From: Methylobacteriaceae bacterium
GTDB lineage: Bacteria > Pseudomonadota > Alphaproteobacteria > Rhizobiales > Beijerinckiaceae
Assembly: GCA_016793505.1 (NCBI GenBank)
Contig: JAEULW010000160.1
Location: 4,756 to 68,755, forward strand
Length of the DNA stretch: 64,000 bases
Direction of reading: 5' to 3'
The notes under the pieces are model-generated. The model was not told the origin of the DNA and searched no databases. It was given only the letters and a program-made list of their open reading frames with translations. The position numbers and the translations under genes were made by a program. Below, piece by piece: positions 17,060 through 25,728 of the stretch. Every line of letters starts with the position of its first letter. Positions within the stretch are counted from its first letter, which is position 1.

Positions 17060-18246
17060 TCGACCGCCGCAGCGTTCTGGCGATTGCGCCGCTGGCGCTC
17101 GCGCCCCGGCTGGCCTTCGCGCAGGCGCCAGCGCCGCAGATGCGCGGCACCGGCGATCTCGGCGTCATCATCGAGCGCGCGACAGGCAGCGTCCTGATCG
17201 TGGAGACGACCGACCGGACCGTGCTGACGCGCATCGAAGGACTCGGCGATCTGTCCCACGCCTCGGTCTGTTTCTCGCGCGACGAGCGGTTCGCCTTCGT
17301 CTTTGGTCGCGACGGCGGTCTGTCGAGGATCGACCTTCTCGGCGGGCGCATCGCCAAACGGATCGTCCAGGGCGGCAACGCTATCGGCGGCGCCGTCTCC
17401 GACGACGGCCGTCTCGTCGCGGTGTCGAATTATGAGCCCGGCGGCGTTCGGGTGTTCGACGCCGAGACGCTGGCGCTGGTCGCCGACGTGCCCGCGACTT
17501 CACGCTCGGCGGCGCGATCCAAGACCGTCGGCCTCGTCGACATTCCTGGACGCGCTTTCGTCTACGCCCTCTACGACGCCGGCGAAATCTGGCGGCTTGA
17601 AATTCCGGTGTCCGAGGCGCCGCGGCTGACCCGGCTCGAGAACGTCGGCAAGCTGCCCTATGACGGCAATGTGACGAGCGACGGGCGGCACTACTTCGCC
17701 GGCCTGTTCGGCGAGGACGGCGTCGTGCATGTCGATCTGTGGAAGGAGCCGCTCAAGGCCGAGCGCGTGCTCGACGGTTACGGCCGCGGCGAAGCGCCGT
17801 TGCCCGTCTACAAGATGCCGCACTTCGAGGGCTGGGCGGCGACGCAGAACATGCTTTTCCTGCCTGCGGTCGGGCGCGACGAACTGCTGGTCTTCGATCT
17901 TTCCACGCTGAAAGAACTTGGACGCGTGCAGACATATGGTCAGCCTGTCTTCGCCGTCGCACGACCGGACGGCCGGCACGTCTGGGTCAACTACGCCTAT
18001 CCGAAGAACAACGTCGTCGAGATCGTCGATTCGCAGTCTCTTGCGATCGTGAAGCGACTGGAGCCAGGCCCAGCGGTCCTGCACCTCGAATTCGCGCCGC
18101 GTGGACACGAAGTCTGGGTTTCCTCGCGCGATGCGGACGCCGTCATCGTCTACGACACCAGAAGCTTTCAGGAGAAGGCGCGGATCAAGGCGTCGAAACC
18201 CTCGGGAATCTTCTTCACCGCGCGTGCGCATGTGATCGGAAAGTAG
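17056..18246 (+). CDS. nirF: Haem d1 biosynthesis protein NirF (cd1-like beta-propeller, no haem c domain)
   Basis: ATGA overlap with nirC. Exported (MIDRRSVLAIAPLALAPRLAFA). Similar to the NirS d1 domain along its whole length. Confidence 0.9.
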   Translation: MIDRRSVLAIAPLALAPRLAFAQAPAPQMRGTGDLGVIIERATGSVLIVETTDRTVLTRIEGLGDLSHASVCFSRDERFAFVFGRDGGLSRIDLLGGRIAKRIVQGGNAIGGAVSDDGRLVAVSNYEPGGVRVFDAETLALVADVPATSRSAARSKTVGLVDIPGRAFVYALYDAGEIWRLEIPVSEAPRLTRLENVGKLPYDGNVTSDGRHYFAGLFGEDGVVHVDLWKEPLKAERVLDGYGRGEAPLPVYKMPHFEGWAATQNMLFLPAVGRDELLVFDLSTLKELGRVQTYGQPVFAVARPDGRHVWVNYAYPKNNVVEIVDSQSLAIVKRLEPGPAVLHLEFAPRGHEVWVSSRDADAVIVYDTRSFQEKARIKASKPSGIFFTARAHVIGK

Positions 18247-18247
18247 C

Positions 18248-19258
18248 GTGTCGAACGCCCTGGCCATCAACCAGTTCGATGAAGCGACGCGCCTGCTCGT
18301 CGATCGCTATCAACGCGATTTTCCGCTGTCGCCGCAACCGTTCGCGCTGATCGGCGATCAACTCGGCCTGCGCGAGGCGGATGTCATTGAGCGACTCGCG
18401 CGCTTGCGGGAGATCGGCGCCGTCAGCCGCGTCGGCGCTGTCGTCCGGCCGAATGCGGCCGGGGCATCCACCCTCGCGGCGATCGCGGCGCCGCCCGCCG
18501 ACATCGAACGCATTGCTGGGATCGTCAACTCGCAGCGCGGCGTCAATCACAACTATGAGCGCGAGCACGAATTCAATCTCTGGTTTGTCGTGACAGGCCG
18601 GACCGGCGACGACGTTCATTCCGCGATCGACGAGATCGAGCGCGAAACCGGACTCGATGTGCTCGATCTGCCGCTCGAGCAATCCTATCACATCGACCTT
18701 GGCTTTCCCTTGTTCGACGCGCCATCGCGTAACGCACCATGCATCGAGTCGCGCGAGGTCGCGGGCGAGGCCGATGTGCGACTGCTGGCGGCGATCGAGA
18801 GCGGGCTGCCGTTGACGCCGCGGCCCTACGCTGTGATCGCCGGCGCGATCGGAGAAGGCGAAGATGCGGTCATCGACCGACTGGCGTCAATGCAGGCGCG
18901 GGGAATCGTCAAGCGGTTCGGGGTCGTCGTCAGGCATCGCGCCTTCGGCTATGACGCGAACGCCATGGCGGTCTGGGACGTTCCCGATGCAGCCGTCGAC
19001 CGCGTGGCCGCGCGGTTCGTCGAGGCCCCGCAGGTCACCCTCTGCTATCGACGCCCACGGCGGCCGCCCCGCTGGCGCTACAATCTGTTCACGATGGTTC
19101 ACGGCGTTGCGCGCGACAACGTCCTGGACGTGATCGGAGGACTGACCGAACGCGCCCGCGGCCAATGCGATGCGAGCGCTGTGCTGTTTTCGCGCCGATG
19201 CTTCAAGCAGCGCGGCGCCACCTTCGTCAGACGCGAGGCGCAACATGCCGACGCTTGA
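18248..19258 (+). CDS. nirDL: Sirohaem decarboxylase NirD-NirL fusion
   Basis: GTG start 1 nt after the nirF stop. Two tandem Lrp/AsnC-like modules, each carrying the HNYEREH.FNLWF motif. Confidence 0.9.
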   Translation: MSNALAINQFDEATRLLVDRYQRDFPLSPQPFALIGDQLGLREADVIERLARLREIGAVSRVGAVVRPNAAGASTLAAIAAPPADIERIAGIVNSQRGVNHNYEREHEFNLWFVVTGRTGDDVHSAIDEIERETGLDVLDLPLEQSYHIDLGFPLFDAPSRNAPCIESREVAGEADVRLLAAIESGLPLTPRPYAVIAGAIGEGEDAVIDRLASMQARGIVKRFGVVVRHRAFGYDANAMAVWDVPDAAVDRVAARFVEAPQVTLCYRRPRRPPRWRYNLFTMVHGVARDNVLDVIGGLTERARGQCDASAVLFSRRCFKQRGATFVRREAQHADA

Positions 19259-19697
19259 TCCCATCGATCGCGCCATCATCAACGGATTGCAGGGCGGCTT
19301 TCCGATCAGCGAACGGCCATTTGCAGAAGCAGGGGAAGCTCTGGGACTGACGGAGAGCGCGCTGATCGAGCGGCTTCGAAAACTTGAGCAGGCGGGCGCC
19401 ATGTCACGATTCGGGCCGCTCTGGAATTCAGAAGGTCTCGGCGGCGCCGTCTGCCTGGCGGCCATGGCTGTTCCTGCCGAAAGGTTCGAATCGATCGCAG
19501 CCATCGTGAACGCGCATCCGCAGGTGGCGCACAATTACGAGCGCGAGCACCATCTCAACATGTGGTTCGTCATCTCGACTCTCGAGCCTGAAGGAATTGT
19601 CTCGACCGCCGCCGCAATCGAGGCCGAAACGGGTCTCGAGGTGTGGCTCATGCCGAAAGAGGAGGAGTATTTCGTCGAGTTCCGGGTGGCCGTATGA
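19245..19697 (+). CDS. nirG: Sirohaem decarboxylase subunit NirG
   Basis: MPTLDPIDRAIINGLQGGFPISERPF...HPQVAHNYEREHHLNMWF. Overlaps nirDL by 14 nt. Confidence 0.9.
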   Translation: MPTLDPIDRAIINGLQGGFPISERPFAEAGEALGLTESALIERLRKLEQAGAMSRFGPLWNSEGLGGAVCLAAMAVPAERFESIAAIVNAHPQVAHNYEREHHLNMWFVISTLEPEGIVSTAAAIEAETGLEVWLMPKEEEYFVEFRVAV

Positions 19698-20188
19698 GAC
19701 TGTCGTCAACCGATCGCAACCTTCTTGCCGCAACGTCCGGCGGACTTCCGCTCGACCCCGATCCTTATGGCGACGTCGCGCGACGCGTCGGTTGCGATCG
19801 GCAGACGGTTCTCGCGCGGTTCGAGGCGCTGCTGCGGTCTGGCGCCATCCGTCGCATCGGGCTCATACCGAACCACTACGCGCTTGGCGTCGTCGCCAAT
19901 GGCATGAGCGTATGGGACATCGCGGACGAGGCCATCGACCGGATCGGTGCGATGGTTGGCGAACTTCCGTTCGTGTCGCATTGCTACAGGCGACCACGGC
20001 ACATGCCATTGTGGCCGTACAACCTGTTCGCGATGGCGCATGGCTGCACGCGCGCGGAGGTCCTGGCGAAAGTCGAGGAGATCTCCAGACTGATCGGGCC
20101 GGCGTCGCGGGGCCACGAAGTGCTGTTCTCGAAGCGTATCCTGAAGAAGTCCGGGTTGCAGATGCCGGGCGGCCGAACCGCCGTCTGA
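19694..20188 (+). CDS. nirH: Sirohaem decarboxylase subunit NirH
   Basis: ATGA overlap with nirG. Lrp/AsnC-like, with VSHCYRRPRHMPLWPYNLFAM. Confidence 0.9.
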   Translation: MRLSSTDRNLLAATSGGLPLDPDPYGDVARRVGCDRQTVLARFEALLRSGAIRRIGLIPNHYALGVVANGMSVWDIADEAIDRIGAMVGELPFVSHCYRRPRHMPLWPYNLFAMAHGCTRAEVLAKVEEISRLIGPASRGHEVLFSKRILKKSGLQMPGGRTAV

Positions 20189-20201
20189 AAGGGGATGGAA
20201 C

Positions 20202-21431
20202 ATGTTTCGCCTTTCACATTACCTGCGTGCGGTGATGACGCCGGGGCATAGCGCGCCTGCGCACGGGCCGAAGGGTAGTGCGCCGCCGCTGCGGATGACC
20301 GGGCCAGTCGTCATCTGGAACCTCATCAGGCGCTGCAATCTGACCTGCACGCATTGCTACTCGATTTCTGGCGATGTCGACTTTCCAGGCGAACTTTCCA
20401 CGCAGGACGTCTTCTGCGTCCTGGATGATCTGCGTGAGGCGGGCGTTCCCGTCCTCATTCTGTCAGGCGGCGAGCCGCTTCTGCGACGCGACATTTTCGA
20501 TATTGCGAAGCGTGCGCGCGAGCTCGGATTCTTTTTGTGCCTGTCGACGAACGGCACGCTGATCGACGAGAAGGTGGCGACTCGCATCGCTGAGGCCGAT
20601 TTCGATTATGTCGGGATTTCGCTGGACGGACTGGCGCAGACGCATGACGAGGTGCGGCGCAGCGCGGGCGCGTTCGACCGATCGGTGGCGGCGTTGCGGC
20701 TGCTGCGCGACCGGGGCGTGAAGGTCGGCGTCCGCTTCACGATGACGCAGAAGAACGAGCGTCACCTCGAGCCGCTCATTGATCTTTGCGAGTCGGAACG
20801 GTTTCCGAAATTCTATCTTTCGCACCTTGTCTATGCCGGACGCGGCAACAAGAATCGAGGTCAGGATTCAGCGTGGGAATCGACGCGCAAGGCGATGGAC
20901 ATTCTCATCGCACGAGCAGCGTCGGCGATCGAAGACGGCCGCGATCTGGAGATCGTCACCGGCAACAATGACGCCGATGCGGTCTATCTGCTGCACTGGA
21001 CGCAGGCGCGTTACCCCGATCAGGCGATGCGACTGAAGCGCATGCTCGAACGCTGGGGTGGAAACGCGTCAGGCGTCAATGTCGCCAACATCGACAATAT
21101 CGGCGACGTCCATCCCGATACGATGTGGTGGCACCATCGGCTCGGCAATGTCAAATCGCGGTCGTTCGGGGAAATCTGGAGCGACAGGTCGGATCCCGTT
21201 TTCGCCGGGCTGAAGCAGAGGCCGCGCGCTGTCAAAGGCCGATGCGGCGCGTGCGCGCATCTCGACATTTGCGGCGGCAACACGCGCATCAGGGCGCTGA
21301 AGATAACGGGAGATCCGTGGGCCGAGGATCCGGGCTGCTATCTGACGGACGCCGAGATCGGCGTCGAGAGCTCCGGCTCCAGACTTTCCGTCACACCTTT
21401 CCGCGGGAGCCGTCATGAAGCGGTTGTCTGA
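20202..21431 (+). CDS. nirJ: Radical SAM haem d1 biosynthesis enzyme NirJ
   Basis: CNLTCTHCY radical-SAM cluster motif plus a C-terminal Cys-rich auxiliary cluster region (CGACAHLDICGG). Confidence 0.9.
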   Translation: MFRLSHYLRAVMTPGHSAPAHGPKGSAPPLRMTGPVVIWNLIRRCNLTCTHCYSISGDVDFPGELSTQDVFCVLDDLREAGVPVLILSGGEPLLRRDIFDIAKRARELGFFLCLSTNGTLIDEKVATRIAEADFDYVGISLDGLAQTHDEVRRSAGAFDRSVAALRLLRDRGVKVGVRFTMTQKNERHLEPLIDLCESERFPKFYLSHLVYAGRGNKNRGQDSAWESTRKAMDILIARAASAIEDGRDLEIVTGNNDADAVYLLHWTQARYPDQAMRLKRMLERWGGNASGVNVANIDNIGDVHPDTMWWHHRLGNVKSRSFGEIWSDRSDPVFAGLKQRPRAVKGRCGACAHLDICGGNTRIRALKITGDPWAEDPGCYLTDAEIGVESSGSRLSVTPFRGSRHEAVV

Positions 21432-22899
21432 CGCCATCGCAATGGCGCTGTTGAGCCTGACTCTGTCGGCGTCCGCTGCATCTGCGGATGCGTCTCAACT
21501 TTATGAGACGCATTGCGTCGCCTGTCACGGCGAACAGCGCCTGGGCGGAATCGGCCCCGCGCTGCTGCCGGAAAACATGGGGCGACTGCGCGGCGCGGCG
21601 GTTCAGAAGGTGATTGCAGACGGCCGCGATGCGACGCAGATGCCGGCCTTTGGTCAGGTTCTGAGCAAAGCGGAAATCGAGTCGATCGTCGCCTACATCG
21701 CCAAGCCGCTCGCTCAACCGCCGGTGTGGGGCATGGCGGAGATCGCGGCGAGCCGTAGGATCGAGACAATTCCGGCGCGGGAGCAGAAGCCGGTCTTTTC
21801 CGCCGATCCGCTGAATCTGTTCGTCGTGGTGGAAGTCGGCGATCATCATGCGACGATTCTGGACGGTGACGCGCTGGAGCCGCTGGCGCGGTTTCCAACA
21901 CGATTTGCGTTGCATGGCGGACCGAAGTTTTCCGCTGACGGACGCTTTGTGTATTTCATGTCCCGCGACGGATGGGTCGAGAAGTACGATATCTGGTCGC
22001 TGCAGAAGGTTGGCGAGGTGCGCGCGGGGATCAATTCGCGCAACATTGCGCTTTCGCCCGACGGCGAAACGATCGCTGTGGCGAATTACCTGCCGAAGTC
22101 GCTGGTTCTGTTGTCCGCCAGCGATCTTGCGCCAATACGCACGTTCGATGCGCAGGACGCGAACGGAGCGTCGTCGCGCGTTTCGGCCGTCTATCAGGCG
22201 CGGCCGCGCAACAGCTTCGTCGTCGCCTTGAAGGATGTGGCCGAGATGTGGGAGATCTCAACGCAGAAGGGCGACTTCAAGCTGAGACGGATCAAGACGG
22301 ATGAACCGCTGGACGATTTTTTCTTCGATCCGGGCTATGCCCATGTCCTGGGGTCGGCTCGGGAGGGGGCGGTTTCGAAAGTGTATGCGCTGGATACCGG
22401 ACGAGAAGTAGCCGCCTTGTCATTGCCGGGATTGCCGCATCTGGGTTCGGGAATCTCATTCGTATACGACGGCCGCCGGGTGATGGCGACGCCGCACATT
22501 CGATCCGGGCTGGTGTCGATCATCGCCATGGACGACTGGTCGCCCGTCAAGACGGTTCCGACGCCCGGGCCAGGTTTCTTCATGCGCAGTCATGAGAACT
22601 CGCGATTCGCCTGGACCGATTCGATGATGTCCAAAGCCAAGGACACGATGTCGATCCTCGACAAGACAAGTCTCGAGATCGTGCGGTCGATCACGCCGAG
22701 CGCCGGAAAGACCGCAGCGCATGTCGAGTTCGATCGATATGGCAAGCGCGTGCTTGTCTCCGTCTGGGAGGATCCCGGCGAGCTCGTCGTGTACGACGCA
22801 GAGACTTTCGTCGAGATCAAGCGACTGGCGATGCGCAAGCCGTCGGGCAAGTACAATGTCTTCAACAAGATCAATCTGTCGGAAGGGACCAGCCATTGA
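21415..22899 (+). CDS. nirN: Dihydro-haem d1 dehydrogenase NirN (cd1-like cytochrome)
   Basis: Signal peptide, CVACH haem c site, then a d1-type propeller. Overlaps nirJ by 17 nt. Confidence 0.9.
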   Translation: MKRLSDAIAMALLSLTLSASAASADASQLYETHCVACHGEQRLGGIGPALLPENMGRLRGAAVQKVIADGRDATQMPAFGQVLSKAEIESIVAYIAKPLAQPPVWGMAEIAASRRIETIPAREQKPVFSADPLNLFVVVEVGDHHATILDGDALEPLARFPTRFALHGGPKFSADGRFVYFMSRDGWVEKYDIWSLQKVGEVRAGINSRNIALSPDGETIAVANYLPKSLVLLSASDLAPIRTFDAQDANGASSRVSAVYQARPRNSFVVALKDVAEMWEISTQKGDFKLRRIKTDEPLDDFFFDPGYAHVLGSAREGAVSKVYALDTGREVAALSLPGLPHLGSGISFVYDGRRVMATPHIRSGLVSIIAMDDWSPVKTVPTPGPGFFMRSHENSRFAWTDSMMSKAKDTMSILDKTSLEIVRSITPSAGKTAAHVEFDRYGKRVLVSVWEDPGELVVYDAETFVEIKRLAMRKPSGKYNVFNKINLSEGTSH

Positions 22900-23336
22900 C
22901 GCCGATGCCGGCTCGCGCGCCGCAATTGCCGCTCGGCGTTGCGGAGATGGACGAGGACCATGCGCGACTTGAAGCGATGATGGAGGCCGCGGCCCTGGTG
23001 GTCGAGAGCGATCTCGCTGCGGCTCTGGCCGCTGTTCAGCGTGAACTTGCTGCACACTTCGTGCGGGAAGAGACGCTTCTGGCAGAGGCCGGTTTTCCGG
23101 CGCTGGGCTGCCATGTCGCCCAGCATCGGCGATTGCTTGAACTCGCCGCCGAGGCCATGGCCACGAGTGCGGCGCGGCCAGCGGAGTTGAGGGGCTTTCT
23201 GGCGGACGTGTTGCCGGGTCTGGTCGCCGGCCATATCGCCAGCATCGATCGGGTGTCGGCCGAGTTCCTGAATGGCCGGATATCCGGGGCGATGTTCGGC
23301 TCGTTGCGCGCCGCCGGGCAAGGGGCGGCCTCGTGA
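22896..23336 (+). CDS. Hemerythrin-like metal-binding protein (bacteriohemerythrin family)
   Basis: TTG 22896 overlaps the nirN stop (TTGA); ATG 22905 is an alternative. Diiron ligand pattern: DEDH, AHFVREE (H-X3-E), HVAQH (H-X3-H), GHIASID (H-X4-D). Confidence 0.75.
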   Translation: MTPMPARAPQLPLGVAEMDEDHARLEAMMEAAALVVESDLAAALAAVQRELAAHFVREETLLAEAGFPALGCHVAQHRRLLELAAEAMATSAARPAELRGFLADVLPGLVAGHIASIDRVSAEFLNGRISGAMFGSLRAAGQGAAS

Positions 23337-23806
23337 AGCCGGCCGGAGTGACCGGCGCAACAATGGACCGCCGCGTCATCTATTGGGGGCTCGGCCTGTC
23401 CGCTCTCCTTGCCGCGCCGATTGTTGCAGTTCTGGCGATGCAATCCGTGCTTTTCATGTCGTGTTCGACAGAAAAACTCGCGGACGGCGTGCTGAGCGGT
23501 CATATTGCGTGGCGGATCACGCGTATGCAGTGCGGTGAGGGCGCCGATGTATTCTATGACGTTGCAATCGGGGCGGAGGACAAGACGCTTACGACAGCGT
23601 TGACCTCGCGCGGCAGCCCGGCGCCGGTCGAGGTCGTGCGCCTGGAGGAAGGGATCGTCGGCGTGCGACTGGACCGCCCCCCGACGGGCGGGGTAGAAGG
23701 CTTGGTCAAGATTGGCCTGCGCCGTTCCGGATCGCCAAAGGAGCGCATCGACCTGCAGGAGCGACAAGCCTTCGACGGCGGCAACCGGCCCGGTCGAGCG
23801 AAGTGA
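23333..23806 (+). CDS. Hypothetical membrane-anchored or lipoprotein-like protein
   Basis: GTG 23333 overlaps the hemerythrin stop (GTGA); ATG 23363 is an alternative. N-terminal hydrophobic segment YWGLGLSALLAAPIVAVLAM followed by FMSC. Coding-like third-position GC. No family recognised. Confidence 0.45.
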   Translation: MKPAGVTGATMDRRVIYWGLGLSALLAAPIVAVLAMQSVLFMSCSTEKLADGVLSGHIAWRITRMQCGEGADVFYDVAIGAEDKTLTTALTSRGSPAPVEVVRLEEGIVGVRLDRPPTGGVEGLVKIGLRRSGSPKERIDLQERQAFDGGNRPGRAK

Positions 23807-23830
23807 TGACGGAGAGAGGAGCCTTCTGAA

Positions 23831-24073
23831 ATGGGGAGGAGCGCTTTCGGCAACAACGCGTTCGATCCCGCAATGTGCCCCTTGCTCGCCGGGTTGACGC
23901 CGGACGAGCAGAAGAAGGCCATGGAGACGAACCCGATGATCCGGGCTTGCATTCATTCGGTCGAGGCCGGGCAGGACTATCCGCATCAATGTCGGACGCC
24001 GCCGAGGCCGCAGGCGGGGACGGCGCCGGCGCGCGGAAAGCGTCAGCGGCCGGTTCTCGAGACGGAGACTTGA
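23831..24073 (+). CDS. Hypothetical small Cys-containing protein (80 aa)
   Basis: ATG with GGAGAGAGGAG upstream and coding-like codon usage. Three Cys (MCP, ACIH, HQC). No family recognised. Confidence 0.3.
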   Translation: MGRSAFGNNAFDPAMCPLLAGLTPDEQKKAMETNPMIRACIHSVEAGQDYPHQCRTPPRPQAGTAPARGKRQRPVLETET

Positions 24074-24083
24074 CGGTTCTCAA
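24070..24083. promoter_or_regulatory. Candidate FNR/NnrR-type box upstream of Crp/Fnr paralogue 3 (TTGAC-GGTT-CTCAA)
   Basis: TTG-N8-CAA dyad centred about 75.5 bp upstream of ATG 24152. It overlaps the last 4 nt of the small ORF. Confidence 0.45.
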
Positions 24084-24151
24084 GGCTCTAGCCGGCGTGC
24101 TCGCCGAAGATGGCCAAGCATCGACATGCTGTGGCCTCAAGGAGGCGCCGG

Positions 24152-24859
24152 ATGGCCGCTCCGATCGACTCCTCAGAGTACAAATCGTTGAAATCGACGG
24201 CGATGTTCCGGGCGTTGTCACCGCGAATCGCCGAGAAGCTGCTGGCGGACTGCGTCACCGAGCTGCATCCGGCGTCGAGTCTCCTGTTCCGGCAGGATGA
24301 GCCGGCGCACAGCTTCTTTCTGATGCTCGACGGCTGGGCCAAAGTCGTGCGACAGGCCCCGAACGGGGTCGCGACCGTCATCGGCGTCTTCTCGCGCGGA
24401 CAGACGCTGGCCGAGGCCGTGGCGATCGCTGGCGGTTTCTATCCGGCGTCCGCCGAAACCGTGACCCGCGCGCGCGTCGTCAGGATCGACGCAGAGCGCA
24501 TTCGCTCCACCATTCACAGCGATCCGGACATCGCGCTCGGCATGATCGCGTCTGCCGCGCAGCATCTGCTTTCGTTGATGCGGCAGATCGAAAACCTCAA
24601 GGCGCTGAAGGGCCCGGAACGCGTTGCGGAATTCCTTCTTTCCTTGACCGATGTCGACGGCGGCCCTGCCTGTATCGCGCTGCCCTTTGACAAGACCCTG
24701 ATCGCCGCCCGGCTCGGCATGCAGCCCGAGTCGCTTTCCCGCGCCTTCCTGCGCTTGCGGGAGGCGGGCGTCCAGGTCGACGGCGCAGACGTTCGCATCG
24801 CCGATGTCGGCCAGCTTGCCTCGTATGTGCGGACCCTCGAAACGGCGGTCGCGCACTGA
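24152..24859 (+). CDS. Crp/Fnr-family transcriptional regulator, paralogue 3 (NnrR/Dnr-like)
   Basis: ATG 24152 has GGAGG 6 nt upstream; track ORF start 24110 lacks an RBS. HTH IAARLGMQPESLSRAFLRL. No FNR Cys cluster. Confidence 0.85.
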   Translation: MAAPIDSSEYKSLKSTAMFRALSPRIAEKLLADCVTELHPASSLLFRQDEPAHSFFLMLDGWAKVVRQAPNGVATVIGVFSRGQTLAEAVAIAGGFYPASAETVTRARVVRIDAERIRSTIHSDPDIALGMIASAAQHLLSLMRQIENLKALKGPERVAEFLLSLTDVDGGPACIALPFDKTLIAARLGMQPESLSRAFLRLREAGVQVDGADVRIADVGQLASYVRTLETAVAH

Positions 24860-24863
24860 AGCC

Positions 24864-25139
24864 TCACGCGAGCCGCGCGATCAGGGACAGCGCTGCGATC
24901 ACGATCAGCAGGACTGCGGCGCTGGCGCGCAAAGCGCGATTCCAGGCAGCCGCGCGCCTGAGGTCGAGATAGTGATTCATCAGGATCGCGACCTTCATGA
25001 AGGTCGCAGCCAGCAGCAGAAGGGTCAACGCGGCGCCGAGCGGTCGCATGTCGTCGGCGCGGCCGACGGGAATCGCAGCTGCGGACAGGGCCATCATGTA
25101 GGCCCAGGCGCGAAGCAGGCGTGACGAGGCGGGCGCCAT
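24864..25139 (-). CDS. Small two-TM membrane protein, NorF-like / prokaryotic cytochrome oxidase subunit IV-like
   Basis: ATG 25139 overlaps the norE stop by 1 nt. MAPASSRLLRAWAYMMALSAAAI...LLLLAATFMKVAILMNHYLDL. The call rests mainly on position after norE. Confidence 0.5.
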   Translation of the reverse strand: MAPASSRLLRAWAYMMALSAAAIPVGRADDMRPLGAALTLLLLAATFMKVAILMNHYLDLRRAAAWNRALRASAAVLLIVIAALSLIARLA

Positions 25140-25693
25140 CACCTGACCAGATAAAGAACTGGAAAGACGAGCAGCCAGACGAGATCGACCATGTGCCAGA
25201 ACACGGCGCCGGATTCGATGTTGGCGACAGTCGGCCATCGCCCGACAATCGCGAGGATGACGATGCCCAGCACGACGTGCAGCGCATGGAAGCCGGTGAT
25301 CAGATAGTAGAGCGTGAAGAACGCGCCGCTGTCGATGGTGAAGCCGTCGGCGATGTGCCGGGCGTATTCAGCGCCTTTCGCCGCCAGGAAGACAAAGCCC
25401 AGCAGCCCGGCCATGGCAAGGTGACGTCTGGCGACATCTGGCGCGTCGCGGCGCATCGCCTCGACCGCCAGAGCAGCGAAAAGGCCGCTCGTGACGAGAA
25501 TCATCACGTTGAACAGACCGGCGAGGCGGTCGAGATGATCCTGGGCGGCCTGGAACCCGGAGGGGTCGGCGATCCGTGCGGCCGAGAAGGCGATGAGCGC
25601 GCCGCCGAAGACGAGCAACTCGGAGCCGACCAGAATCCACATCATCGGATGGCCGGGCAGGCCCTCGAAGGGATCGGTCTGAGATCGGTTCAT
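25139..25693 (-). CDS. norE: NorE, cytochrome c oxidase subunit III-like protein
   Basis: Five-TM CoxIII-like sequence (FFTLYYLITGFHALHVVLGIV...WHMVDLVWLLVFPVLYL), immediately downstream of norD. Confidence 0.85.
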   Translation of the reverse strand: MNRSQTDPFEGLPGHPMMWILVGSELLVFGGALIAFSAARIADPSGFQAAQDHLDRLAGLFNVMILVTSGLFAALAVEAMRRDAPDVARRHLAMAGLLGFVFLAAKGAEYARHIADGFTIDSGAFFTLYYLITGFHALHVVLGIVILAIVGRWPTVANIESGAVFWHMVDLVWLLVFPVLYLVR

Positions 25694-25728
25694 CGATCAG
25701 GTTCGAGCGAGGGCTGGCCTGCGCCGTC

